Part shown: piece after piece, positions 14,911 through 27,619 of the stretch
How the letters are laid out: every line of letters begins with the position of its first letter
How positions within the stretch are numbered: the first letter of the stretch is position 1
NCBI RefSeq assembly: GCF_009914755.1
Contig: NC_060948.1
Direction: 5' to 3' (one strand)
Length of the DNA: 64,000 nucleotides
Origin: the human T2T-CHM13v2.0 reference genome, Homo sapiens
Notes under the pieces: generated by a model
Databases searched by the model: none
What the model saw: the letters and a program-made list of their open reading frames with translations, nothing else
What the model was told of the DNA's origin: nothing
Program-made: the position numbers and the translations under genes

Positions 14911-14946
<36 letters not shown>
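14633..14946 (+). mobile_element. AluJ-like
   Basis: Diverged dimeric Alu with a pure A tail of about 35 nt. Confidence 0.9.
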
Positions 14947-14949
<3 letters not shown>

Positions 14950-14959
14950 AAAAAAATAC

Positions 14960-15257
14960 TTTTGTTTGTTTTTTGAGACGGAATCTCGCTCTGTCGCCCA
15001 GTCTGGAGTGCAGAGACGGGATCTCGGCTCACTGCAAGCTCCGCCTCCCGGGTTCACGCCATTCTCCTGCCTCAGCCTCCTGAGTAGCTGGGACTACAGG
15101 CGCCCGTCACCACGCCCGGCTAATGTTTTTTGTATTTTTAATAAGAACGGGGTTTCACCGTGTTAGCCAGGATGGTCTGGATCTCCTGACCTTGTGATCT
15201 GCCCGCCTCGGCCTCCCAAAGTGCTGGGATTATAGAAGGGAGCCACCGCGCCCGGCC
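14960..15257 (-). mobile_element. AluY
   Basis: CpG-rich antisense AluY (GCAAGCTCCGCCTCCCGGGTTCACGCCATT); TSD AAAATAC. Confidence 0.95.
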
Positions 15258-15646
15258 AAAAATACATATCTTTATATTTTGTTTTTTTCTCAAAGTTCTG
15301 GAGTCTGGAAGCTCATAATTAGCATTAACAGCATGGTCAGTTTCTGGTGAAAGCTCCCTTCCTGTGTTGCAAATGGCCACCTTTGGTCGTGTCCTCACTT
15401 GGCAGCCAGAGAGACAGATTGCGGTCAGGTTTCCGTTCCCATTCTTATAAAGATAGAAATTCCTCATAACCTCACATAATTCTAATCACCGCCTAAAACC
15501 TTCATCTCCAAACACTATCATACTGGGAGTTAGGGCTTCCATGTATGAATTTGTAAGGGAACATACACTTTCAATTACATCATGTTACATGTAATTCCAA
15601 CTACCAATAATCAAATGAAAAGTAAATGATCTAAATGCTTCAATTA

Positions 15647-15955
15647 GGCCAGGCACTGCTGCTTACACCTGTAATCCCAGTTTTTTTTTTTTTTTTTTGG
15701 AGGCTGAGGTGGAGGATCACTTGAGCTCAGGAATTCAAGACCAGCCTGGGCATAATAATAAAAAAATCTCTAAAATACATAATAAATAAATAAATACATA
15801 AATACATAAATAATACATAAATAAGATTAGCCAGGCTTGGAGGTGCACTATAATCCCAGCTACTCGATAGTAAAGTGGGAGAATTGCTTGAGACCAGGAG
15901 GTAGGAATGCTGTTTACATGCACTATACAGACCCCTATGATTCTGGTCTTGGTGC
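15647..15955 (+). mobile_element. AluJ-like with internal T-run and (TAAA)n linker
   Basis: GGCCAGGCAC start; T18 at 15681-15698; linker expanded into TAAA/TACA repeats. Confidence 0.8.
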
Positions 15956-16486
15956 CTGTGCTACCCAAGAGCTACTCTCAAAACCTGGGCACTATTTCAA
16001 AGGCAATTCGGTTCCCCAGCATGCTCTTATAGTTGAAACTGATATCAAACAGTATACTACTGATAACAAATTAAAGAAAGGAAAGCAAAATTCCTCTTTC
16101 AGCATCATTTCAACTATTTCACCCCGTTACATGCATTGTAGTTAATGCCCTGAAATGTAGTTTCCTGCCAAACAAAATATCTTGAGAACACGTTGTGGCT
16201 GAGCCTGTATATTTATCTACATTGTCTAAATAGCTATAGGTCATCAGAGAGCAGAAATATCCTATGCACTTATGTGACTCTTTCAATAGAGTTAACCACT
16301 TAGGACATCTCCAAATTCCTACAAGTGCAATGTTGCAATGATGTTTTCTAGTTGGTGGCTCACTGTGAACATAACCTATTGAAATATCTATAAAGGTAGA
16401 TATATAAATGTGCCCATTTTGGTCACTGGTCTTACTATGCTCACATCATGTGAAAAAGATGAAGTAACTGACTAAATATGAAATAT

Positions 16487-17193
16487 TGATAGGAACAGGA
16501 GGCAGGTAAATTCTGGGTAGAAGAGGGTGGGTCCCTGGCAAGGGCCTCACCCTCAAGCCAAAAAGGCTAACACTGAAACTGACAGTGAGAATTGACATCC
16601 TTGCTTTCCCACTCAGATGTTGCCTTTTCTAAAACCACCCATTGTCTGCCCTATCCTGCTCCTGTGCCCAGAAAAAACCCCAGGCTCAGCAAGCAGAGAA
16701 AGGAGAAGAGGAGATGCAGCAGGACCTCGGGGACTACGGTTGGACATCAGAGAGATGCAGCTTGACTTCACAGGGACAGCTTGACAGTGTAGCTTTGGTG
16801 AGGAGTCCAACTGTCCCCAGGGGAAGATTACTTTCCCTCTCTGTCACTGTTTCATCTCTCTTCCCGCTGAGAGCCACTTTCATCATCAATAAAATCCCCA
16901 CATTTACCTCCTTCAATTCATTTGTGTGACGTCTTTCCTCCTGGATGCAGGACGACTTGGGTGCCAAGAGTGTAAGTGCAAACGGCTGTTGCACTGACCC
17001 TCCACTGAGCTGTTAACTTTTAAGCCATCCATGGGTGGCAAAGCTAAAAAGGTACTGTAACACTTCTCTGGGGATTCAGGAGTCATAGGTGAGGGGTGGA
17101 GCGCAGTGGGTCAAGTGAGTGGGGTTCGCTCCTGCTGACACCTGTGCACTGCAATTCCCACCCCTGAAAGGGTCAGGGAACTATCCTGTTTCA
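16487..17193 (+). mobile_element. LTR9-like ERV1 solo LTR
   Basis: TGATAGGAACAGGAGGCAGG...GGGTCAGGGAACTATCCTGTTTCA; 4-bp TSD ATAT. Confidence 0.8.
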
Positions 17194-17302
17194 ATATCAT
17201 ATCTGATAATATAGAATTTGCTGCTATTTGCATTCAATAAATCTGGAGTTAAACAAAACAAAACCATTTGTAATTCCAAATAATAAACACACACCTCCTC
17301 AA

Positions 17303-17582
17303 TGATAGTTTCAGAAGCAATGATACCAGCTCCTCTTCATACCTCTAGAAGAAGTCAGCTGTGATGCCTTCTAGCCCTGGGCTTTTTTTGGTTAGTAGGC
17401 TATTAGTTACTGCCTCAATTTCAGAAGTTGTTATTGTTACATTCAGGGATTCGAATTCTTCCTCATTTAGTATTTGGAGGGTGTAGGTGTCCAGGAATTT
17501 ATCCATTTCTTCTGGATTTTCTAGTTCAGTTGCATATAGGTGTTTATAGTATTCTCTGATGGTAGTTTGTATTTCTGTGGGA
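17303..17582 (-). mobile_element. L1P ORF2 internal fragment
   Basis: Translates as [29 protein letters not shown]...[13 protein letters not shown], an L1 ORF2p segment. Confidence 0.9.
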
Positions 17583-17924
17583 TAAAATACTCCCTTTATC
17601 ATTTTTTGGGGGGAGTTAGACATAAATATTATGGAAGTTAAGAAACGATAAAACCCTAAGCTTCTCTGGCTTAACAGGATCAACTCTGTTGGAGATGAAA
17701 TCACTGTGGTGGGGAATAGATTGGAAGCCCCTTGCCACCATGAGTGCCTTCTGTTGGAGAGTCATTTCTTCTTCCAGCCTGTATGCATTCTGTTCTCTAA
17801 ACTCATATTTTTATTGCTATAAACTACAGCAGCATTATTTCTGGAATTATTTTCTTTCTTCGACACCTATGTTTGTGATTAATTTATAACATATGAGATA
17901 TATATGAATCTATATCTATATAAT

Positions 17925-18460
17925 TTTTGCAGATATAATTGACATAAGATGAAGCAATACTGGATTATGGCAGAACCTAAATCTGACAGCTGGTATCTTT
18001 GTAACAGAAGGAGAGGAAGAATTGGATAAAGAGACATATGGAAGATCTGAAGATGGAAGCTATGTTCGAATGATGTGGTAACAAGCCAAGGGATTCCTGA
18101 ATCAACCAGGAGCTGGGAAAGGCAGGAAAGGTCCTCCCTTGGAGCCTGTGGAGGGAGAGACGCACTGCCTCACTTTGATTTTTAAACTGCCAGCAGCAGG
18201 AGAGATTACATTTCCTAAGTAGTGGGGATTACAAGCATGAGCCACCAGGCCTGGGGAATTTTTGTAATTTTAATAGAGAAAGGGTTTCACCATGTTGGCC
18301 ACACTACTCATGAAGTCCTGACCTTAGGTGGTCTGCCCACCTCGGCCTCCCAAAGTGCTGGGATTACAGGCATAAACCAATGCACCTGGCCAGAAATTCT
18401 TATTGTTTTAAGCCACCCAGTTTGTAGTTATTTCAATGGCAGGCATGGGAAACTTCTAAA
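17925..18460 (+). mobile_element. MLT1 MaLR LTR with a partial antisense Alu (18223-18391)
   Basis: ACAAGCCAAGGGAT..CCAGGAGCTGGGAAAGGCAGGAA; TTGTTTTAAGCCACCCAGTTTGT. Confidence 0.7.
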
Positions 18461-18509
18461 ACACATATACATGGATGTATAGGCATATTCACATACACAC
18501 TTGTATGTA

Positions 18510-19094
18510 CAGTCATATGCTACATAATGACATTTTAGTCAATGACAGACTACATATATGATAAGAATTCCATGAGATTATAATGGACCTCAGATATTCC
18601 TATTATAATGTGCTGTCCTAGGCTTCCTAGGGTTGTAGCACAAAAGCATTACTCATGTGATTGTGTCCATGCTAGTGTAGAGGCATGTTGCCAGTTAAAT
18701 AAAAGTGTGCAATAATGTCGCAGGTCTTCATATCCCCTCATCACCCACTCACAGACTCACCCAGAGCAACCTCCAGTCTTGCAAGCTCCATTCACGGTAA
18801 CTGCCCTATACAGGGCTACCATTTTATATTTTTGATGCTGCATTCTTACTGTACGTTTTCAGTGTTTAGATGAACAAGTACTTGCCACTGTGTTGCAGTT
18901 GTCTGTGGTGTTTAGCATGGTATTGTGCTGTACAGGTTTGTGGCCTAGGAGCAATAGGCTCTACCATATAGCCTAAGTGTGTAGTAGGCTGTACCATCTA
19001 AGACTGCATAAGTACACTCTAGGATGTTCGCACGAGAACTAAATCAAACAAGGACACATTTCTCAGAAGTATTGTCATTAAGTAACACATGACT
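18510..19094 (+). mobile_element. Tigger3-family (MER7) non-autonomous DNA transposon
   Basis: TA-CAGTCATATGCTACATAATGAC ... AAGTAACACATGACT terminal inverted repeats. Confidence 0.8.
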
Positions 19095-19544
19095 CTTTAT
19101 ACATACACATAGGCATAGGCATATAGAAAAAACAAATGTAACTGAAATGGGATCTGGCAATGTGCAGAAACCAAGGCAGCTTTTCTCTGGGTCTCTCTCA
19201 CAGGAGTCAGCATCCCTTTGCACATGGGATCCAACATGCTTCTCTGCGTATATGATTCGTCTTCTATCATGGGCCATCATTAGTCCTAGCTTAGAGTACA
19301 TTAATAAAAACATGGCCTTTAATAGGTGGGAGTCACATCAAGTTTTACATTATCCAAGTGGCTGTGTGTGACACCCTATAAACAGTAGCAACAACCCCTG
19401 AGATCTCTGTATCTCTGTATCTTGCTTGTCTTTCTAGAGAGTTATAGCAGAAACACAAGGTTTGTAACCTATTTGCCAGAGTGTAACCATAAGCTCCCCT
19501 TTTTCCCATAACTAATGAGGTAGTGGTAAATTCAGAATAGGTCT

Positions 19545-20160
19545 ATATATGCAGGTGTGTGTGTGTGTGTATATGTATATGTGTGTGTGTATATGTATAT
19601 ATGTGTGTGTGTATATATATATATATATGATATAGTGTTCTTTATACTCCTTGTGAGAGAATGTAATATATATCCACATATAGATAATATTGTGTATGAT
19701 ATTATATAATACGTATGAACTGTATTGTATGTTTATATTTATAAATATAATGCTTTTATATTATAGAAATATACATATATTTTTATGTTTTAAAAGTAAA
19801 TAATAAATAGAATTGTACAAATATGATGTGTAATATAAATATTACATATTTTATTTATATGTAAGTTGTATTTTATTTTTATGTAAGTTATATATTACAT
19901 ATATGTAAATATTTATGTACTGTATGTTTGTATATTTTATATTTACTATATGTAAAATTTATATATATAAATATACATATATTACATGTTTAAGGTATAT
20001 TTCTATTATAGTACAAGTTTATATTAGAAATAAATATACACATATATTTCTATATTAGAAATTTATATATTATATGTATTACATGTATATGTTTTTATAT
20101 ATAATATGCCTATTATATATATTCTAGTATCTATTATATTTACATATTACATATTATTTA
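19545..20160. repeat. (TG)n/(TA)n microsatellite followed by an AT-rich tract
   Basis: Directly visible GT/TA repeats, then about 500 bp of AT-rich low complexity. Confidence 0.9.
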
Positions 20161-20388
20161 GTCTTTGTGTGAACATCCTAGAGTGTACTTACACAATCTT
20201 AGATGGTACAGCCATGTATATATACTCATATATATATGAGGTTCTCCAAAGTGTTTCCGGTAAAAACACTAGGTCACTGGCCGTTGTGCTGTGCTAGGAT
20301 TCATGACTAGAAGATACACTAGTATCTTCCCTCAAGAGTTTAACATTAAAGATGCATGGACACACAATAATAAATATAGTGGTAATAT

Positions 20389-21096
20389 TGTAACTTCTAT
20401 GTTTCTTGCCTAGCCACACCAAAGAATTAGTGTGACAGCTGACTGCAGCCAGTGATAGAGACACAGACCGATAGAAAAAGCTGTAGGCTTTATTGAGCAG
20501 AGTGAAAGTACAAAGATTCCACAGCGTGGAAGGGATCCTGAACAGGTAGCCAGAGTTAGATTATAGAAATGCCTTCTAATTTCTTTAAGGTGGGAAATAC
20601 CTGTGGCGGGAAAATGTTACCAAAGCAAGAAACAAAGACAGTTAACAATTTGTGGCATGTTTTAGATCTTGAGGAAAACTGGAATTGTAACTTAGGATTT
20701 GTCTACTTTAGGACCTTGCTGCAGTATGGCAAAGGAGACAGAATATCACAGAACTTTACAAAGCATGTTTACAAGGAATTGGAATTGGGAGCATAGATAA
20801 GGTCTGCTGATCACAGAAAAATGGACAGCTAACATTCCTTTTACTTTAGTTTTGTGGGAGGGGAAGGCGGAGAGGGAGAGAAGACACAGGAAAACTTACA
20901 GCAAAATTGTTCCTGTTTATAGCTTTCTTGGGGGAGAAAACACATGAACAAATCCTGGTGTTAGGAATAGTTTAAGCCTATATCTTCGGTATCATTCATC
21001 CAGGATTGAGGTAATTCCTGATGCAGGAAATCAGTGAGTTTCCCAGCTTTCTGGGCCCCTACTGAATCCAGGAAGCCCAGCCGGCCCCTCCTTTCA
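20389..21096 (-). mobile_element. 3' LTR (LTR30-like)
   Basis: TG...CA ends; preceded on the minus strand by polypurine tract TTTAGAGGGGGGAC (21097-21110); AATAAA near 20490. Confidence 0.9.
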
Positions 21097-21109
21097 GTCC
21101 CCCCTCTAA

Positions 21110-22482
21110 ACAGGACCCTCCAACTGCTCTTGAGAACTGGGTGGCGGTCGTTCTGGCTACTTCCTGCTTGTTAGGGGCAAAGAAGGGACCCTGTAGTTGT
21201 GGTGTTCTTCAGAGGGGAACTTTCTAGGCCAGTCAAGGTTCCAATGTGTCAATCCAGGTGTCCTCAGTAGAAGCTGTGATTTGAGCTGATTTGAGGTTCC
21301 ATTTGTACGACCATTTGTAGCATGATGGCCTCGATCCTGGAGGAAACAAATTTGACACAGAGGTTAAAAATGCAAGGCCTAAAGGTGAGTAAAAATAGGA
21401 TGGGTGTCACAGGACCTAGAAAGGGGAGTAGCCAAGGTATCCATTGGTTAAACATATTTCAGGGTTCAGAGTGATCAAGCTCCTTTTTCCTACTTTTTTC
21501 CGTTCTCTTATTTATTTAAACTTTTCAGTAATGATTGCTGACTGGTTAATGAAACAGCAACCTTCTTCTCCCAAGAAGATGAAGGTTCCTCTTCTTTTAG
21601 CTGTTAATAGGTCCAGGGATCTTTGGTTTTGGAGGACCACTGCAGCTAGAGAAGTAAGCTGGCTTTGTAGGGTCACTAGGGTGTTGGAAATTTGTTCCAT
21701 GTCATCATTTAATTTTCGTGATAATTTATAATAGAATTGAGTGGAGGAGGTTATGCCTCCAATTCCAATAGGAGCCCACCTATTATTCTGGCTCCTACAA
21801 TAAAAGAGACAATAAGGGCTCATATGTGGCAAGATTGTGTTATAAGGAGACTTTGTAACTCTTGTTCAGTGCATATGGAGATGGGAGTTGCTATAAAGAA
21901 GAGAAAGCATAATTCTTTTGGAGTGCTATTTAGGCATCAACAGGCTGTGTTATTATAGATGAAAAAGATGCCTGAAGTTAGACAGGTGAAACCTGACATT
22001 ACTGACATCCAGGAATGACATTGGGGGGTGTTTTTATTGAGAGTCATGCTGAAGTTCATGCATGTGAGATTTGAGGCCTCTGTGGCTGGTAAATTGGTGA
22101 CTATGGGACCGATTAATTTGGTGGTGTTTAGGACTGGGGTGGATAAGTTCCACTATCTGGGGACAGGGACTGGGACATATGGTTGGAAACACAAGGGGAG
22201 ACACATCCAATAGTTGGTTGGATTATTAGGAGAGGTCTCTTGTATTCTTGTAAGGGTGGTGTTAAACAGGCTCCAAGGAACAGTTTTATAACATTCTTTT
22301 CTCATGTAAGTATGAGTGGCAAAAGATGTGGGTGTTTGGAAGGGGCTACCCAATCTGCAAGAGTTTCTGATAGAATGCCAGTTGTCTCCTCCAGGGGAGG
22401 CACACTGACACGGGGTGTGTGTTGTTGTTGGAGAAAGGGACACGAGTATGAAGAGGATGACAGGAAGCCTAAGAGGAATCAT
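21110..22482 (-). pseudogene. env: Defective gamma-type env (syncytin-1/HERV-W-related)
   Basis: Signal peptide MIPLRLPVILFILVSL; SLFNTTLT..NPTNYWMCLPL; immunosuppressive domain LQNQRSLDLLTAKRRGT..LGEEGCC; TM WLLPFLGP..FVSSRIEA; stops and frameshifts. Confidence 0.9.
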
Positions 22483-22677
22483 GAAGTGTTGTAAGTGAAA
22501 TGGTCACAGGAAAGAGGAGGGAAAAAGGAGTGAATTGCTGTTACAAGGAAGGCAGATAGAAGAAACGTGCTTAATAATGTAACAAAACAGTAGAAGTCTT
22601 CCATTAAAGAGAGCAAGGAGAGAAGTTAAAGATCATGTTGGTTTTTTTTTTTTTTTTTTTTCCCCACTGATCCTCAT

Positions 22678-25600
22678 TTAGGTAAGGAGAAGTCCCTCTT
22701 CAGGATTAACTGCAGGATTTTTTCTGGTCTGAAGTGTTCCTTTCCAAAATAGGAGATGCAGGTCCTCTTGTGGTGGCCAGGTGTATCGAAGCTGGTCTGG
22801 CTGACTTGTGACTCCTGAGTTGATGATTCTGTAAGTTTCTCAGGAGGTGTCCAAGGCTTAATTTGGGTGTGGTGAATCCAGGATTCCATTCCCGTCACTT
22901 TAACTGCAGTGGGGGTAGAGAGGATTACCAAGTATGGTTCCTCCCATTAGGGATCCATAGAAGGAGAGCTAGAGGGGAGAGACTTGACCAATACTAGATC
23001 TCCTGGTTGAAACATCTCTATTCCTTTTTCCCTGTCACACTTTTCAGGTAAAGTTTTAAGATTTTGTTGATATTTTGCCAGAGAAGTTATATCTTTTACT
23101 AAATTGGCCTTTTCCTGATTGAGCAGGAGGTCATCTGTGAGAAAAGCCATCCATACAACACTTCATATGGACTGAGCCCCATTCTGTGAGGGGAGTTTCA
23201 GATTCTTAATAAGTCCATGGGCAACAGAGTGGGCCGAGCAAGATGAGTTTCTTGCTCTAGTTTTCTCAAATGCCTCTTGAGAGTTTCATTTGCCTTTTCA
23301 ACTTTCCTTGAGGATTGTGCCCTCCAGGCACAGTGAAGTTGATATTGTATTCCTAGTGCCTTGGAAATTCCTTAAGTTGTTGTAGCTTTAAAAGCTGGAC
23401 AATTGTCACTCTATAAGCTATGGGAAGTCCAAATCTAGGAATTATTTCATGAACTAAGACTTTAACCACTTCTTGGACCTTCTCTATTCTACAAGGGAAG
23501 GCTTCTACTCAATTTGTAAAGGTATCAACCCAGACCAATAAGTATTGAAATTCTCTTGGGTTTGGCATATGGGTAAAATCTAACTGCCAGTCCTCTCTGG
23601 GATAATGTCCTGTTCTTTGTCCTCCTGGAGAGGCCTTACAGTGGGCCAAGGGGTTGTTCTTTTGGCACATTTCACAGGCTTTGACTACTTGCCTGATGGT
23701 TTTGAGGAGGTTTGGCCCTGTAAATAGAGACGTGGTCATGTTATGGGTACTTTCAATAACAGTATGAAAAGTTTGGTGAAAGGTTTTAAGTATTTTCCAG
23801 TGGCTGGCTTCAGGTATGAGCACCTTTCCTTCCTATGTTATTAGCCACCCCGACGGGAGAAAACTATGTCCTTGTGAAAGTCCCCATTCTATTTCAGTTG
23901 GAGAGTACTGGGGCTTAACCTCCTGGAGGGAGGTTTCTCCATACCAGGTGTCCTTCCTTGGGCATTTCTGAAGGAAACTCCTGCCTGGCAGCAATTTTGG
24001 CCTCAGACTCTGTTTGGTACTTTCCTTCTGCTTCTTCTCCTTCACCTTTCTGATGGCCCCAGCAGTGTAAAACTGCCACCTCTTTAGGTTTTTGCACTGT
24101 GTGCATTAATTCCATGATTTATCTGTGGTATTTAATAGGTGTTCCTCCGGAGGTTAAGAACTCTCTTTCTTTCCATATTGCAGCATGTGCATGTAAGACT
24201 AGAAAAGCATACTTGCTATCTGTGTATACATTTATGCTTTCTTCTTCTCCCAGTTCTAAGGCTCAGATTAGCACAATGAATTCTGCTAACTGAGCACTGG
24301 TCCCTAGAGGAAGAAGTTTATTTTCAAGTACTGCTGTATCACTAACTATGGCATAGCCTGCCTTTTGTACCCAATTTTCTACAAATGAACTTCCATCAGA
24401 GTACAGATTAAGGTCAGGGTTAGTTAAGGGGACTTCTAAGAGATCTTTTCGGGTGGCAAAAGTATGAGCTAAAATTTGTTGGCAGTCATACTCAATTGGT
24501 TCCTCACCCTCTGGGAGAAAAGTGGCAGGATTGAGGGCCACACACATGCATATTTGAAATACTGGTACTCAAGGAGTGGCGCCTGGTATTTAAGTAGTCC
24601 ACTATCTGACAGCCACAGACTTCCTTTAGCATTTAATATACCACTTACATCATGAGTGTTCCAGAAAGTGAGATCCTTTCCTTGTATTATTTTAACAGCC
24701 TCTGACACTAAGATGGCTACTGCTGCAACCACCGATAAACAGTGAGGCCAGCCTTTGACTACTACATCAATTTCTTTACTTAGGTATGCCACTGGTTGTG
24801 GGGCTGTACCAGGAGTCTGAGTAAGAACTCCAAGAGCTATTCCTACTCTTTCAGTGACATATAAAGATAAATTTTGTCCTGGGGGATGCTCAGGGCTGGA
24901 GCTTGTACCAGGGTCTGCTTTAAAGTTTTGAAGGCTGTTTCCACCTCCAGTTCCCATTCTACTAGGTGGGTATTTGCCTTCTGATTTTCCTTTATCAGGG
25001 GATAGAGTGGCCTGGCCATTTCACTCTATCCAGGAATTCACAGTTGGCAAAAGTCAGTGATTCCAAGGAACCCCCCCTCAACTTTTTCAACGTCTTAGGG
25101 TGAGGGTAGGCCAGTATAAGATAAATACACTCTTTGCTGAGGACTCCAGTTCATTTGGCCAGGATTAGGCCTAGACACTTAACTTGTTGTAGACAGAGCT
25201 GGGCCTTTGTCCTAGATGTTTTGTGCCCTTGATTAGCTAGAAAGTTTAAGAGGTCTAGAGTAGCCTGCTAACATGTGGCTTCCAAACTCATAGCCAGAAG
25301 TATGTCATCCATGTATTGAAGGAACAGAGTGCCTGGACTGGAGAATAGGCCTAGGTCCCGGGCCAGTGCCTGCCCAAACAGATGAGGGCTATCTCTAAAC
25401 CCTTGGGGTAAGACTGTCCACATAAGCTGGGACATGTGCTCTGTATAATCCTCAAAGGCAAAGAGGAACTGGGAGTCAGAGTGCAGAAGAAGGCATCTTT
25501 GAGGTCCAGAACAGCGAACCATTCTGCTTTTTCTGGTATCTGAGAGAGCCGTGTATAGGGGTTGGGTACAGCTGGATATAAAGTAATTACTTCTTCATTG

Positions 25601-26241
25601 ATGATTCTGAGGTCTTGCACTAGTCTCCACTGACCATTTGGTTTTTGTATTCCTAGGATTGGGGTGTTGCAATGACTGCTTACATTTTCTTACTAAGCCT
25701 TGAGCTTTTAACTGTCTAAAAATATCTTGTAATCCTTTGTGAGCTTCAGGCCTTAAGGGATATTGACTTTGATAAGGAAAAGAGGTGGGGTCTTTTAGCC
25801 TGATTTTAACTGGATGGGCATTCTTTGCCCTTCTGAATTGTCCATCCAAGGACCAGACTTCAGAGTTGACTCATTCTTCAAGTAGGGGACAACAAAGGGG
25901 TAATTTGTTCCCCATATTCATGTAGATAATAGCCACAGCTTTGGCTAATATGTCCCTCCCTAATAAAGGTGTGGGACTTTCAGGCATAACAAGAAAGGCA
26001 TGTGAAAAGAGCAAAGTCTCCCAATTACAACTGAGGAGCTGGGAGAAATGCCTGGTTACAAGCTATCCTAAGATTCCTCGGATAGTAACAGACTTTGCAG
26101 ACAGTCGTCTGGGGCAGGTGATTAAAATTGAGAAGGCAGGGCCAGTGTCTAGGAGGAAGTCCACTTACTGGCCCTCAATGTTCAAACTTACCTGGGGCTC
26201 TTTGAGGGTGATGGCCTGAGCTGTCGCTTGCCCTGGCACCC
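22678..26241 (-). pseudogene. pol: Defective pro-pol (protease, RT, RNase H, integrase)
   Basis: FLLDTG protease; LDLKDAFF, LPQGFRDSP and YMDD RT motifs; LYSDGSSF RNase H; HQTFH..CEMC and WQLDFTHMP integrase; many frameshifts. Confidence 0.93.
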
Positions 26242-27619
26242 TCAGTCCTGTTGCTGAATCACCTGACTGGGTGCTTCTGGCCCAGAGGGCCTTCATCCTC
26301 TGGGGCAGTGTGACTTCCAGTGATTACCTTGGCATCTTGGACATGGGTAAGGGGGCAGCAACTGTCCTACTCCTCTTTTGGTTCCCTCTGAGCTGCCAAG
26401 GTCTGCCTGTCTGAGGGCCATGACTAAGGCTGGAGACTTTCTCTTATATCGCTTTTCCCTTTTGGCATGTTCCTCTTGGTCCCTATTATAGAACACTGAG
26501 GTTGCCAAGTTCAATAATGCCTCCAAATTTTGTTCTGGGCCTAAGGCAGACTTTTGGAGTTTTTTCCTAATGTCAGTCACTGACTGGGTGATAAATTTAT
26601 CCTTTATGATAAGTTGGCTTTCCATGGAATCCAGAGCTAAGGAGGTGTGCTTTCTTAGGATCTCCTTTAACCTTTGTAGAAAAGTTGAGGGGTTTTCCTC
26701 TTTTCCTTGCACAACTGTGGATAGCATTGAGTAGTTCATAGGCTTTTTCCTAGTTTTCCTCAACTCTTCCAAAATGCAACTTAGCAAATGCCTGTGGCTC
26801 CAGTCTCCAGGATCTGAGTCAGTATCTCAGTGAGGGTTTACAGTAGGGACTGCCTTTTGCCCTGTGGGGAATTTTTCCCTCACCTTCTGGGCCATTTGAT
26901 CATTTACCTGGCTAAGGTACCACGGATCCCCAAATTGCCAGGTTGTTGTTAAAGCTTCTTGCTTTTCAGTAGGACATAATGTCTAATCAAGAAGTAAAAT
27001 TATATCTCTCCATGTTAGATCAAAGGACTGCCTTAATCCTTGCAAGGCATCTATATACTTATCAGGTTCATCTGAGAATTTCCCTAAGTTTGACTTTATT
27101 TGTTTTAAGTCTGAGAGTGTGAAGAGACTCGTACAAGGAAGGGCCCAAATTCCTCTCCTACTGCTTGTAAGGGACATAGTTTGGGTGCCTGGCTTGGGGA
27201 GTTTACATTCTCTTTACCACTTCAGTGGGGCAGGATGGAGGAGAGTCAGTGGGGGAGGAGAGTGGGGCTGAGGGAAGAGGCTGTGAGTATGGAGGTAACT
27301 GTGGGCCTTTGTCATTTTGGCAAAGCTTGTAGGCTTGGCACAGGGCAGTATTGTCATGAAGGGCAAAGAAAGCCTGTACATAAGGGACTATACTCTATTT
27401 ATCTTCCTGTTCACAGAAAAGATCTAGCTGTAGAAGGGTATTATAATTAATACTTCCCTCAGGGGGCCAAGTTTTTCCATTTTGTAAGAAATTCCATGGT
27501 CAGGCAGTGGTATAGAAGAAAATTAGCTGCTTCTTTTGTAAGGTTTCAGGGTTGAATTTGTCCCAGTTATTCAGGATACATCTTAAGGGGGTGTCCAGTT
27601 TTGAAGGTATGGAGCCCAT
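26242..27619 (-). pseudogene. gag: Defective gag
   Basis: MGSIPSKLDTPLRCILNNWDKF (MA); QGKEENPSTFLQRL (major homology region); CPRCQGNHWKSHC zinc knuckle; QQD-TGA end at 26242-26244. Confidence 0.92.

Larger units (their letters stand above)
14543..15582 (-). mobile_element. MLT1 MaLR LTR hosting two Alus
   Basis: TGTCTTAGTCAGCTAGGGCTGCCATAA start; AGTTCTGGAGTCTGGAAG; GTTAGGGCTTCCATGTATGAATTT. Confidence 0.7.

Noticed and set aside
22642-22661. A-run on the viral strand between pol and env, suggesting a processed (poly-A) insertion
   Set aside because: No TSD or foreign sequence; most simply a homopolymer expansion within the provirus
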